A stretch of 58,663 nt of DNA, filler included, from Dugesia japonica (taxonomy: Eukaryota): assembly GCA_001938525.1 (NCBI GenBank). It is 5 parts of 5 records of this genome, joined end to end, with 100 filler letters (N's around TTAATTAATTAA, not from the genome) between each part and the next. Parts side by side here need not be neighbours in the genome. Positions count along the whole stretch, not along the records: positions 36,383 to 45,123 come from MQRL01494357.1; positions 45,224 to 58,663 come from MQRL01647442.1; 3 more parts are not named here. The stretch is one strand, 5' to 3'. Positions 37,340 to 50,682 of this stretch are shown one piece after another. Each line of letters begins with the position of its first letter. The first letter of the stretch is position 1. The notes beneath the pieces are model-generated. The model ran no database searches. It was not told the DNA's origin and saw only the letters and a program-made list of their open reading frames with translations. A program made the position numbers and the translations under genes.

Positions 37340-38020
37340 AGCACACAAATTATTCAATTTTCATCGTTGCAAAAAACATCTATAAAATATCAAACCACTA
37401 GATTACGTAGTATGGAATGGGGCGGTCCAGTGCGCACTTATCTATCTATTAAGCACTTTTTGTCAAAAAGTATGATTTGGTCAATAAAAATGACCTAATT
37501 TTCCATCATTACTGGACTAGGCCACACATTGCCAAAAATGACTGCAAAAAACTGAAGGCCTTCCAGTGGCAAGTAATACCACAGTCTCCATAAAGCCCAT
37601 ACATTGTACCTTCAGGTTTTACTATTTTTTGTATTTAATAGAAATGAAATATTAAATAAGGACAATAATAATAATCAAATAATAATAAATTCAAATAATA
37701 GTAGTAAATTCATAATAAATTTAACAAGGAAAAAATCATCAAAAATAATCAAATATTAATAATAATAATAAATGGTTAATAATAAATGGTTAATTATGAT
37801 AATAAATGTGTAATAACAATAATAATAAAAAAAGTCTAAATCTAATTACTATTTGTTCCGATCGCTTCAAAATTTCCTTCAGAACAAATATTTTTGACAC
37901 AATGACAAATATCGAATCTGTTCTTACTCGGTTTTTCTATGAAAAGCTTAATAACTGGTGAAGCGATGGAATTGAAAGTTTGGTCAAAAGTTTGGAAGAC
38001 ATTGATAAAATTGTGAGTTC
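37340..38020 (+). mobile_element. mariner transposase C-terminal remnant interrupted by an AAT-rich insert
   Basis: FHHYWTRPHIA..WQVIPQSP*SPYIVPS (HDNARPH and YSPDLAPSD-like). The reading resumes as YLFRSLQNFL at ~37848. Confidence 0.8.
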
Positions 38021-38458
38021 ACTGACTTCTTTGCATAAATAAATTTGAATTTTCTTTCAAAAAATGAATTTTCAATTTGAAAAATTGAAAATAAAATTTT
38101 TTGTAAAAATTTGAAATTAAAATTTGATAAAAATNNNNNNNNNNNNNNNNNNNNNNNNNNNNNNNNNNNNNNNNNNNNNNNNNNNAGTATTTTTTAAAAT
38201 TTCCCGTTTATATTTTCATTAAAAATAGAATAATTAAACCACCAAATCAGTCAAAAAGGATGAAATATATTACTCGATAATAAAATAACTAATTGGTTTT
38301 GAACAATAACCAAAGCACGCAAACACACGAACAAAGACACACAATCATATTTTAATTGTAAGATTATAAATCCAGTTTACCCATATTTCATTTTTATTGA
38401 TTTATGTCATTAAGTATATGTTAATTGTGCATTGATTCATTTTTGATTGTTCAATTAA

Positions 38459-38856
38459 ATGAATAAACCTGAAACACCAAATCCTATCAAAATCGAAAAT
38501 GAAACAGAAATTAATAAAGACGAAATTTCTGAAGATAATCAGTCAATTGATAAAAATAAAATGCAAGACATTAAAAATAAGGACTTATATTTTCCTAGAA
38601 GATATATTGTTTTAGCTTTATGTTGGAGTGGTTTATTTATAATACATGCTATGAGAGTGAATATTGGAATAACTGTGGTGACAATTTTGGATATTGAAGC
38701 TCATTCTAAAGTTGGTAGTAAAGAAGCTGTACAAAGTTTACCTAATGTTACGTGGAACTCAAAAATGATTGGGTTCCTTCACAGTGTATTTTATATAGGA
38801 TTTATTTTAACTCAAATTCCAGGAGGATGCATATCTAGGAAATCATTTGCAACTAA
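38459..38856 (+). CDS. SLC17-family (VGLUT/sialin-like) MFS transporter, exon 1
   Basis: PRRYIV..MRVNIGITVV and WNSKMIGFLHSVFYIGFILTQIPGG. Donor GTAAGT at 38857. Confidence 0.9.
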
Positions 38857-38903
38857 GTAAGTGGATATTTAATTAAAATGTTATAATTATCTAATTTATT
38901 CAG

Positions 38904-39021
38904 ATTATTTAGTTTGGGTATTGTAATTTCTTGCATTTTAAATGTTTTATTACCCATTGGAATACAAAGTGCAAATTACTACTTCACGTGTTTCATCAGA
39001 TTTTGTCAAGGTTTATCAGAG
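38904..39021 (+). CDS. SLC17-family transporter, exon 2
   Basis: Follows a 47-nt intron and reads in frame LFSLGIVISCILNVLLP..IRFCQGLSE. Donor GTAATA at 39022. Later exons were not found in this scaffold. Confidence 0.88.
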
Positions 39022-39684
39022 GTAATAGGTTTAATTTTTTTTGAAAATGTTTTTATTAACTGAATACGCTTGGATGAATAACAGTGGGAATCAAAACACT
39101 TATTCCAAAAAATCCCATTAGTGAACTTTGCAATGTTTTTTAATATTATTGAATAATTTCTTCCAGTTTTTTTAAAATAAATCAAATTTTTTAAAACATT
39201 TTCAAAATATTAGTACCCAACCTTTTTTGTAAACCGGCCGCATCATCAGCTTAAATCAAAGTTGCTTGGCATGCATTCAAAAATTGCGGGCCGCAGGTTG
39301 TGCATCACTGATATTATAGGTACTATACTATACTATATAGCTTCAAAAATTTAATATAGCGCTGTTAAAGTTTCATTTTGTGAATAGAATTTTTGAATTA
39401 TTTGTTGTAAAGAACTATGTTTCTATAAAAAAATACATTTTAAAATTTTCATGAACTTGGATCGCCGACCACGGGTTGTGCATCACTGGCTTATATGATG
39501 ATCAAAATTATTAAAAAATCGATAAAAGGAAGAGACAAGAATTTGAAAACAAAATAATGTTTCCGTAAAATTATTTAATATATATATATATATTAGATGA
39601 TAAGAATATTTAAAAAACTATTAAAGAAAGAAATACGCAAATTTTTTGAAGTTATAACAAAATTGTACCCATTATTTCTTAGAT

Positions 39685-40053
39685 CAGGGGGAGCCAACTA
39701 GTGCCATTTTTTTGGCACGCGAGATTCATCACACTTTTACAAAATATATATTTTCAATAATACATATTTTTTAATTTCATATATATTTATATATATTTTA
39801 TATATACATTTTTAGTGTTATATATTTTTGTACGATGTGCGTTTAATATAATTATTATATTATCTATGTTTAAATGTAAGAATAATAGTAAACGCAATAA
39901 TAATAACTCATTATGTTACAATTTTTCACTCCAAAAAATTTCTATAGATTTAGACTCTAAATCTAAGATGTGGTTATAGTTTTATACGAGGCCCGCGGAG
40001 TTATGATGCATTTCCAAAGTGGCCCTTAAGATCATTTGGGTTGGCCACATATG
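39685..40053. mobile_element. hAT MITE with a perfect 8-bp TSD
   Basis: TCTTAGAT on both flanks. Ends CAGGGGGAGCCAAC and GTTGGCCACATATG. Confidence 0.8.
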
Positions 40054-40069
40054 TCTTAGATCAACATGA

Positions 40070-40530
40070 AATATCTTGAAATTCAATAGAACATAAATAA
40101 GCAAGATTTTAAATGCAAGTATTATACTAAAAACTGGTTAATTTCCAGAAAATATGAATTCTACACAAATCATTGATGCAAGACAAAAATACTAAAGAAG
40201 AATATGTTCTATTCATGGTAATAGTTTGTTGTTCATTAATGAGATAGGAATAAGCTAGGTCTATAAATGAAATTAAGAACCTATGCTAAATAGTAAAGAC
40301 TAACAAAGGAAAAAGCATCGCATTTTATATTAAAACAAGTGTTTTTAATTTTATTACTAAAAGTTATTGGATCATTTTATAGCGAATTTAAATGATGTGT
40401 TTGTAATGGATAATTGTTGTTTTAATATTAAATTCATAATTATTTCTTATCGTCTCTTTTTTCTATTATCGCCGACAGTTAAATCCCGTAGAAGCGTGTT
40501 TTAGTCGTTCCAAATCTAAATTAAATGTCC
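40070..40530 (+). mobile_element. Tc1/IS630-like transposase remnant
   Basis: LFINEIG, VFVMDNC and YRRQLNPVEACFS (YSPxLNPIE-like). Confidence 0.55.
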
Positions 40531-40625
40531 TTTGTCAATTATTAATAGTTTATTTATGAATAACATTTTTTAAAAAATATTAATAATTTTAGTGAATGGT
40601 ATAGAAATATGGAGTTATAAATTAT

Positions 40626-40806
40626 ATTCATTTAAAATAAAAGCTATGATAAAAATTTGTATTTTTGGTTTTTTTAAGATTAATTCGATATTTCGACCTT
40701 GTCTTCGTCAGGAAAGTCAATTCCTGACCAAGACAATGTCGAAATATCGAATTAATCTAAAAAACCAAAAAACGAATTTTGATCTAAGCTTTTATTTTAA
40801 ATGAAT
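40626..40806. repeat. Palindrome (~88-bp arms) holding two inverted minimal hammerhead motifs; Penelope-like terminus
   Basis: The arms are near-perfect reverse complements around the loop at ~40715-40720. Confidence 0.85.
40682..40714 (-). ncRNA. Minimal type I hammerhead ribozyme motif
   Basis: The minus strand reads TTC-CTGACGA-A-GAC-AAG-GTC-GAAA-T-ATC-GAA. It has an intact CUGANGA/GAAA core, stem II, a palindromic stem III, an AUC cleavage triplet and stem I TTC/GAA. Confidence 0.65.
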
Positions 40807-42446
40807 TCTGAAAAGCGATCAATGGTTATGTCCAACAATTATTCTGGCAATAATTGCAATTGTAAAACAATTATAAATTAACTTATAATGTTGTAAAATA
40901 AGAATTTTTATTAAAAAATCAGTTGATTTTGAGCGCATTGTTGTATTTTGATTAGTACAATTAATTCCAATTATTTGAAAGATAACTTTATTTGGAATTA
41001 CAAACGACTTTTGATTTTTCTCAGTTTCTACCATTGATAATTTTTAATTTAAAGTATTTAATTAAAGTATTTATTTTAAAACCGAATAATATTTTAAGAA
41101 TAATTTTTCAATTGTGTATTAAATATTTTCCTGTATTGTAGTCCGAGATGTTGGTTAACCTTGATATAAATAAATTAGAAAACAGTTATATTCTTAAATT
41201 TTTTATTATTTTAACTGATAAAATTATAAAATATTGTTCAGTTATCTAAAATACGAGTTATTAACTATTTTTATCCATATTTTTTTTATAAAAATTTAAG
41301 AAATTTCATCAAGCATACTTTCATCATTTTAGATGTTTTTTGATAGTTTAGACGCTTTTTTAATATTACTTTATCAGTTTTTCGTTCATATAGCGAATTA
41401 AAATGAAGAATAAGATGAACAATTTGTCTCGAAGTTGTTACAAATATGATTTTATTGAGGTGTTTTGACTTGATGACATATCTCTATGGGGTGTATATTA
41501 TCACATCCAGGTTATTTATGGAACAGGAGTTCAAAGATTAAAAGCAATTGAGAAAGATTACAAGTATGTAACAGATGTACAAATTAAATTGTGATCTAAC
41601 ATTTTATTTCTACTAAATTTAAACCCACCGTAGTATATTTATATTAATTGAGCACTCAACTGCACAAGTAGTCGCAGGTAATATCAATAATATTAATGTC
41701 AGACAGACACACAAAAACCATAGAAACAAATCAATAAATTATATATCAATCAATTGTGGCTATTAACTCAGTTTCATAAATTTCTATTTTTTACGTGATA
41801 TTTACGATTAACATTTATTCTTTAAAATGTTCACAACTAAGATTAGTTTTTTNNNNNAACAAATAGCGAAAAAAGATTGAACTGAGGATTATGGGTTTAA
41901 AAAAACAACTAGACTTGTAAAGGTAAAATATAAAGTCAATAAATTCCATGAAGAAAATAATTTATAAGCTGTTTTTTGATTAATTCCACTGGAAATTATT
42001 GATAACGATTTAGATTGAGTATTTACACAGGATTAGTTGGATTGAATTGCCGAGTCAAATATTTGGATTGAATTTTTGGATAGAATATGTGTAGCATGTT
42101 TGTAGGATGTTTATTCGTTGGTGGTGTATGTATGATTGTATATATGTTTGCAACGCTGAATCCCAACACATAAACGTTTTAAAATAATAAATATTACTAG
42201 AATAATTGTTGGATTTAATCGTTAATCCCATTTTTAAAGTTTCAATAAATTAATAAGCTTAGATCAAAAAGATGTTATTTTAAAAATTTTTTGTTAGAAA
42301 TCCAAATTTTCGACGATAGTCTTNNNNNNNNNNNNNNNNNNNNNNNNNNNNNNNNNNNNNNNNNNNNNNNNNNNNNNNNNNNNNNNNNNNNNNNNNNNNN
42401 NNNNNNNNNNNNNNNNNNNNNNNNNNNNNNNNNNNNNNNNNNNNNN

Positions 42447-45123
42447 AACATCTTAAGCAGAAAGAAAGGTGCATTATCCTCGTCTTGTTTAGGCAATGTT
42501 ATCAGAACCAGATATTTACTGAACTGGTCTAATATTCGAAAAATGTATTTTTCCGTACACTAGTTTACCGCATTGGTTCACATATATCTGTGAATATGAC
42601 TTAAAACAAATTGGTAGCTTCTAATCTTTTTGTCTTCTCTTTAGTTATTGTCTTCAATACTTTAGTATTCTGACAGATTTCACAGCTACGAACTATCTTC
42701 TGTATTTGGTTCCACAAATTCTTTGTAACGTATTTCTTTCTCATATAGACATACACCTTTTCAACTACTACATGATATAGTAATTTGTGTTTTTCTTCTA
42801 TTGTCTCACTTATATGTCATTCTGAATATTTATTTTGTTGATTAAATCATAAATGGTTAATTGCTCATCTTCTGGCTTTTCGATTGTGTTCAGTATCTGG
42901 TTTAAATCTTCCCTTTCTTGATATCTGCGTGTGACATTTGGCATTGTATGCATCCCTTACATCTTGGTCTAGATAACATATCTGCATTACCATGTTGAAT
43001 TCATTTTCTATATTCCAATATTATGTTTAGACTACTGAGATAATTAATCCATGTCTGAAATGGTGACGTAATTGGTTTCTTTGTCGTCATCATGAAAGTT
43101 AGAGCTTTATGATTTGTTCTAAGAGTAAATCTTCTAATGTGCAAGTAATGCTTGAAATGAATGCAGAAATAATAAGCAGCCAATAACTATTGACTTTTCA
43201 TTGACTGTAATCTATGAGCCACAACTCTTTCTATTCCTTCTTTATCTTTCTGTGACAGTACAGCTCCAGTTGTATCAAAATTGGCAGCTGTATCTAATAC
43301 AAATCTTTTATTTATATCTGGATAACACAATATTGACGCAGTCATTAGAGCTTTCTTTAGAAAGTATCGTTTATTTTGTCTCGTTTTTAATTGCATAATT
43401 CAAATAGTAATTACAAATTTCTAAGAAACCTCTGAACTTCTTCACACAGTTAGTTTTACCAAATGTTCTTTTTGTTTCTAATTTAGCTGTATCAGTACTA
43501 ACATCATCCCTGTTAATTATGTATCGATGAAATTTGATTTCGCTTAGAAAAAACTGACACTTTTCCGAATTAATTCTTAAACCAGCTATCATTATTTCCG
43601 TCAATATTCTTTCTATTACTTCATAGTGTTGAATTTTATTGTTCGTAAATATCAGAATGACATCAAGATAAACGATGGCTCCACTTTTGTCACAATCTCC
43701 TGAAATGTACCTTGCACCGCTGCAATGTCAAATGGCATTCTATTAAAACAATATTATCCATGTTTCGTTGTAAACGCCGTTTTTTCTTGAGAATATTCTT
43801 CGAACTTTACCTGATAGTATGGGTTTCCAAAATCTATTGAACTGAAATATTTTACTCCATCTAACGTGTCCAGCCTTTTATCTACGTTAGCCATCGGAAA
43901 GGTTTCATTACTGCATTCAATTGTCCAAAATCCAAACATATTCTTATGTCCTTCTTTTCCTTTTTTCAAACAAAAGTCAGTGGGATATTCCACGGAGAGT
44001 TGCATTTCCAGATTATATTATTCTCAAAAGGTCTTTNGATAGCTTCTTCAATTTAAGCCTCTAAGTTCATTGCTTGTTTGTACGGTTTCATATTGATTGG
44101 TTCACCACTTATAATTATTTTGTGTTTTATCAGATGTGTACATACTACACCTTATTTATCTACCATGAAAACATCTTTATTTTCAATTATATTCAATAAC
44201 CGTTGATCGTCTTTAATCTACAGAATATTTAAAGCTCAATATTTTAACTTCAATCACTCACCAAATGATGTCCAATGTCCACCATTTTCACATCGTTTAT
44301 ACCATACTTCTTGACATAACCTTTTAATATGGCCAACCTTTCCACAACTAAAGCATTTTGTTGGTTTTTTATCTGGACAAACTTGACTTATATATCGTGT
44401 TTTATAACAAGTCCAACACTCTACCACTTTTATTGTCGGCAATTTATTTTAGTATGACAGATATTATGACAACCAACATTAGATATTTCGTTTTTTCTTT
44501 CTTTGATCCACTGTTTTACAGGTAATTTCGACTTGTAATTCTGGCTTTGATTTCTGCTCTTTTCTATTCGATCTACTAATGTCATTGTTTCTTCAATCTC
44601 TTCTATATTCTAACGTTTCCGCAAAGTAACCTCTTCTTCAACTTTTTTGTTATCTGAACAATAAACTAGTATCTTTGCTACCATTTTATCCTCTGTAGAA
44701 TATTTATTTGAGAAAAATCTTTTAAATTCTTAAAATAAACTTGAATCTCATTATTTTCACGCCTGTAGTTAATCAAATTTTGAAAATCTTTTTTACATTT
44801 TTTCTTACTCAAATGCCAAACGTAAACGAGCCTGAAACCCTTCAAAGTTAATCAATGTCTTCACATACTCTTCCAACAAATCGTCATCTAGCAAATAAGA
44901 GACTGATTTCTCCTGTTATTTCATTTGGGTGAAGTTTTTATCCTCATAATACAATTCACAACGCTTTCTGAAGTTTTCAATGTCATCTCCTCTACAGAAC
45001 ACATTTGGTAATAACCTATCAGTAATAGAATCGGTAATTACCGCTGCCACCATGTTAGGTACATCTTATGAAGATAATTGATTTTCGAAATCACAACAAT
45101 TAATTTCAAACATATTTGTATTT
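42447..45123 (-). mobile_element. Ty3/Gypsy LTR retrotransposon (LTR end, PBS, gag with zinc knuckles, RT, RNase H, integrase), decayed; lies antisense downstream of SLC17 exon 2
   Basis: LTR end ..AACA followed by PBS TGGTGGCAGCGGT. CFSCGKVGHIKRLC, YFSSIDF, KTAFTT, YLDVIL, FVLDTAA, FTLRTNHKAL and ILDQFSKY. Confidence 0.92.
45040..45052 (-). other. Primer-binding site (tRNA-Leu-like)
   Basis: TGGTGGCAGCGGT immediately follows the LTR-terminal CA. Confidence 0.65.
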
Positions 45124-45223
45124 NNNNNNNNNNNNNNNNNNNNNNNNNNNNNNNNNNNNNNNNNNNNTTAATTAATTAANNNNNNNNNNNNNNNNNNNNN
45201 NNNNNNNNNNNNNNNNNNNNNNN
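45124..45223. other. Artificial 100-bp scaffold linker
   Basis: 44 N + TTAATTAATTAA + 44 N. Confidence 0.9.
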
Positions 45224-47479
45224 GAGATAGGAAAATCCTTGATCTCTACGACCAACAGCAATTTATATTAAATAATCAAAATATAAACCAAATAATATCT
45301 CTTCGATAATTAAAAAAAAACAAAAATGATTAAAAAGATAAAGTCCAATTGTTTCTTCGAAGAAAAACAAAACAATCAATCATTTTGGCCCTAAAAATTA
45401 CCGTTGTTCGTTCTCATTTGTGACCAGACACGTGTGGTTTGGCGACCTAAACACAAGCTTGATCTGCGGTAAATTTTTCTAGTTCATTGATAATTAGAAA
45501 AATATTGGCTGAAGTGATGACCTGAATTAATGTTACTTTCATAGAATTGAATTACAATTGAATTAATTAATCTTCATCTATTTAAAGCCTAATTAAAGGT
45601 AAAATATAAATGGAATATTAGCAATAAAAAATACTTTAAAGGACGTTCAAAATTAACAAAATATGAATCACAAAATGAACTGTGAGTAAATTGAATTCTA
45701 TTTAAATAATAAGTATAATAATTGCATTTTTGTTAAAATAATAACAGGCATTTCTAAAATTGTTAACAATTTATTAAAACTTTAATATATAAAATAAATT
45801 ACCAATATAGCTGTATTTATCTTCGCTGTAAATTATTAAAACAATTAATTAAAATAAATAAACGTAAACGACATGGCCGGAAAATATTAAATGGGCCGAA
45901 TAAACAAACGAGCATTCCAGCAAATTAATAATTGGTAAATAACGTACATTTGAGAATAAATTGAGACTATTAAGTAATTTTAAAATAAAATTCAATAATA
46001 GAAATAAATGAAAATAAACAGATTGAATTAAGAGTAAGTAAAAATAATAAAATTAAAATCGAATTAAAGCAAACTAAGAATAATGTGTGTAATGTAAAGT
46101 ATGAAACTAAAATCAAATTGATGTAAGAAAATAAGGGTAAAATTAAGGCAAAGTAGAAATTTTGGAATCCAAATAAAAGGAAAATAATAAAATTAAAGTA
46201 ATATAAGAGGATAAGAGATTAAGTAGCAAAATCGAAATAAAATAATATTAAATTGAAACTAAACAAATTACGCTTATAGATTAAGAATGTGTAAGTAATT
46301 GGGGCATAATAAAGCTGTCTAAGTATGGTAAGTTAAGCAAATATTATATAAGTAAGACTAATAAGATTTAAAGTGGATTAAACTTAGTAGTATTAAAACG
46401 GAACTAACGTATAATGGACATGTTAAAGTAAATCAAGTACAATCCAATATATTACGATTAAAGCAATGTAAGAATTTGGAAACAAATCTACAGTATTTAA
46501 CGAAAACCCAGTATATTTCAAATAAGATTTTAAAGATCTAGCAAAGCAACTGAAAGTAAGTAAAGTCTACTATGTTCAAGTGGATAAAGTATATTTTGAT
46601 TAAGAATAAGTGAAGTAAAAATGCTGAAATTGTTGTGAACCAGGCCTGCCTAGAAACAAGGATTTACAAAAGACCAAGAAGATAAATTTGAAGGCCAGAA
46701 GAGGTCGCCTGCCCTTTAAATTGTACTCCCACATAACTTATAAATACCCGGTTGGCCAGGAGTGTTCGCCTGTTACTTAAATGGTACTCCCAACGCGCCT
46801 AGGAGCAAGAAAGGAGACAAAATTAAAACAACACAACCCACAGGAAGACTAAGTACATTAAGGAGCCTCAACTATCATACTAGCTGAGATTAGTGGTTGT
46901 GAATTGGTTTGATCAACCAGACATCTGAGATACGATCGGCTCATTTGTCCCCAACAAAGTTGCTCAGTCGGTGGTGATTGTTATACCAAATTCAAAATCC
47001 TTCTTAATTCAAATAAAATTTATAAAATTGTTGAAGTTCCACCTGACTTGAATGAAGAAAATTGGGGCTGGGGAAAAACAGCCCTCAAGGGACCCTTTCA
47101 AGAATTAAACCTAATGCCCCTAGGTTATGTATTCAGTTCATGGTGGTTGACCTCTCGTTTAAAGGGAGGTACGCGCCTACAAACCTTTAGATTTGGGTCC
47201 ACTATTTTCCCTATTACTACTAATTTATTAAGAAGTGAAGTACAATCGAACTATACATTCTTTATTCTAGGAAATAATTACATCAAATCCAACGCCCATG
47301 GGTCTAGCCATTGGGCCGGATCAATTATCAAGAAATTAAAGGTGGCGATATCAATAAAAAGATATAATTAAACAAATTTATTTGCAACAAGAATCCCCTT
47401 TTCATTAAATTAGAGTAATATAAGTGAAGGCAAAAAAAATCTTTTATTAACAACGGATTTATTTATATATATATATATA

Positions 47480-48900
47480 TAGAAAGAGTCTAATCGTGGA
47501 ATACAGATTTGGTTTGGGTGCTTTTATTGAACATGAGGGGTTCGATGTAGGACTTCTCCTTAAGGAGCAAAACGTCGGTAACCAGTTTATTTTCGCGGTC
47601 ATGGCTGAACCGGATGATCTCGGAAATGCTTCGACTTGCTTCTTCCATACCCGTTCTTGGATGTGGGAGACCTCGGCTTCTTTCTTAAAGCCAAAGCGTT
47701 TTTCTGGTATCGGAGAACTTTACTATTCGCGGTGGCCATTTCAGCCTCCCAACATCGCTTGGCGAGTCGATAGAGGTCCCAAGTCATCTCTTGGTCCTCG
47801 CTGGTATCCCTCATTTTTTTGGTAGGAGCCGTAGAACGATTTAGAGACGAATGCACTTCAAGAGAATATACATACTAAAATTAATGATTGTTAAGAATTA
47901 CTCAAAATTCTTTTTATTCCTTAATGACCAACCGAAATTCTATTATTAATAATACCAAAAGACAAACAAAAATAACGAAGGGACTAGTTATATTATTATT
48001 AAATAAAACACCCATTTATTTATAAGTATAAATGATAACTAAGTTAAACATCAGGAAGTAGGCGATGTGTCAGTAACCGGAACTGTGTTTTCCGTGTCCT
48101 CGACCCTAGAGGGTTCCCTAGAGCCCCAAAGCAAGTTATTAATAAACGCTTGCACTACCAGGGGAGGAGCTGGAGCCTGATAATGAAAAGGGATAGTATG
48201 ATTTCGTGTCGGCCCATTCCACTGTTGGTAATTCAACCTTTCCCCGAAGCTCTGATTGCGAGCTACGGCGGCGTCCACATGGGGCATGTTAGTTCGTTCA
48301 ACCAGTATACCGGCATCGCGGTTATATGTGTTATAGTGTCGCCTAAAGATAATGTGGCGCGTTCGCCGATCGACGATTCTTTCCCAAATAGATTCCATTC
48401 TATAATAGAAAAGTTATTTTAATCTCTGAATGTTAATATGGATATCAAGCAATAATAACATTTTAAACTAAAGAGTTAAACAAGACTATATTTTATTTCT
48501 ACTAAATCAATTCTTTATCTAAAATCACAATTCCTCATCTAAGTCAATTTTCGCTGACAATGGGAACATTTCGGTGAAGCAAATCAAATCCGTTTCGTCG
48601 GGGTGTATGATCAGACTGGGAGCTATGAGATGTCCGATTAACTGTCGCTTGCGTGATCGTTCGCGCTCTCACTGAATTAATTGAAGTGTCCTCTGGAATA
48701 TGTTGGACACGGGATATCTAAAACAGTTTTTTTACATTATTATATCGTCGACGAGAAGTTAGTACTCCCACCGTTTGCCGTAGGTTATGAGTAAGAGTAA
48801 TACTCAAGATGTCACGATAATCGAAAATGACAAAAATAAATTCGTCCTCCACAGTTCTCCGAAACCTGGACCTACTAGTCAGGGTAGGTAACAAAGATGA
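47480..48900 (-). other. Putative multi-exon orphan gene or element cargo
   Basis: GC-richer ORF blocks (48051-48398, 47599-47856) are separated by AT-rich spacers that end in polypyrimidine-AG on the minus strand. No recognisable domain. Confidence 0.35.
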
Positions 48901-49899
48901 TGGTAATGGTATTACTATCTATATCCTGATATTTCAAGAAAGTCTATTATAGCAAGATCTATTCGATAAAACGTGAATATTAACAGTGACTGTGTTATAA
49001 CAAAGTTGTAGTGCTATTATTACTTCGGTCAAATATATAACAAAACCCACTACCTTAGTACTATTTTAGTTTTAAATAATTAACACTAATCGTTGGGAGA
49101 TTATTTATATGCTATTAAATATTATTATTGTAATATTATTATGATATTATTCTTCGGTGTTCAAAATTACATATTCCTATTTATTTATATTCATTTTATT
49201 TATAACATATCAGGTAAATGCGAACTATACAAATTTTTAAAAAATTAACAATTTTTTTATTTAATTTAAATTTGGGCGCGGTCTGTTACCTAGCACCGCG
49301 AAGGACGTAATGGGTTGGTGTTAATACACACGCAAAAAATAAATTAAATAATGGTATGTGTGCAGGCATAGCAGACAAAATTCGCTATCTATCGGTGATT
49401 AAGCTAATTTATCATGATTACCATGGTAAAATTTATCTATTACGTCAACCTAAGTTACAATCGAGAACGGCTGAATGTTTACATCTACAGAGAATTGAGG
49501 GATTACACACGCTGATATCATGATAAAATTAAATCTAACTAAGTCACTCATTTCGGCAGATCATGCCGTTAGAAATATGATGATTAAATGAATTTATTTG
49601 ACCGAAACGAAATTTAATTTCATTGTTAAAAAAAATTTTTACTGAAATAAAATTAGAATTAAAGTCATATCAAATATCTTTAAAATTATATTATTTCAAT
49701 TCAACACAACAGACTACTTACTATCAAAAACGGCTGCTACAAGTCAATGACGAGTGAATGATTTTCGGTTGTAGGTAATAGGAGTCGCAACTTTTGCTGT
49801 TTGGTAAAAATTGAAATTAGCTCAAAATTCAATGAATAGAATTACTTTGTAAATCGATCGACGCGCGATAACTAATCACGTTGGTTTCAAATTATTATC

Positions 49900-50682
49900 G
49901 TAGTAAAATTCTGCCGATAAATTTTTTTTATAACTGACGAATGTGCGGTTTTGACGTTTCGGTTGTTTATAAGTTTTGAGGTTTTTTCTGCTAATTCCAT
50001 GATTCCTTTTATACGATTTTTCTTCGCACCCTAACTTCTTTCATATTCGTTGGTTATTTTTAACTGGAATTTTCGGCTTCCTATTGGTTCTAATGCCTAT
50101 TTTCTAAAATTTTTTAGAGTTTTAGAGCTTCAATTGGCGGTTATTTTTAAAACCTCATGTGATCGATTGTCTTTTTTTTATTTTCAGGTTCCTTATTGGC
50201 CCAATTTTGAAATACCTGCAGCAACCTTCTGGATGGTGGTAGGATTTTCTTCTTAACAAATTCTAATGATACTCATTATTTTCTTTTTGGATTTTCTTAC
50301 CCGAACTCTCTCTGATTTTCCTGGGCGAAGTTATCCACAAAAATCAGGTTTTCGTCCAATTTAGATTTAATTTCAAGTAAAATTTAATTAATAATTCTTC
50401 CTTAATTAATTCTTCTTTAAATTTAATTTTCTTTGTATTTAATATTATTTAATATTTTTTCTAATTATTATTTCAATAAAGGTTGCATTTGTCAATTAAA
50501 GATCTTTTCCTTCTACAGATGTTCATTGTTAGTTCGATTGTCGGTTGCCATGAGATTTTATGTTAATTCTTCCAACGCTATTTATTCCTTATGAGTTTCC
50601 TTTGATTCACCCACCCATATTGGTTTATACGCTTAGCCCTTGGCTTCAATTTCCTTCTAACTTGAGGTGTTTCACCCCAACA
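49900..50682 (-). repeat. Interspersed repeat starting TGTTGGGGTGAAAC (LTR-like), copy 1
   Basis: The reverse complement is collinear with 56915-57700, with a 26-bp identity between 50216-50241 and 57372-57397. Confidence 0.75.
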
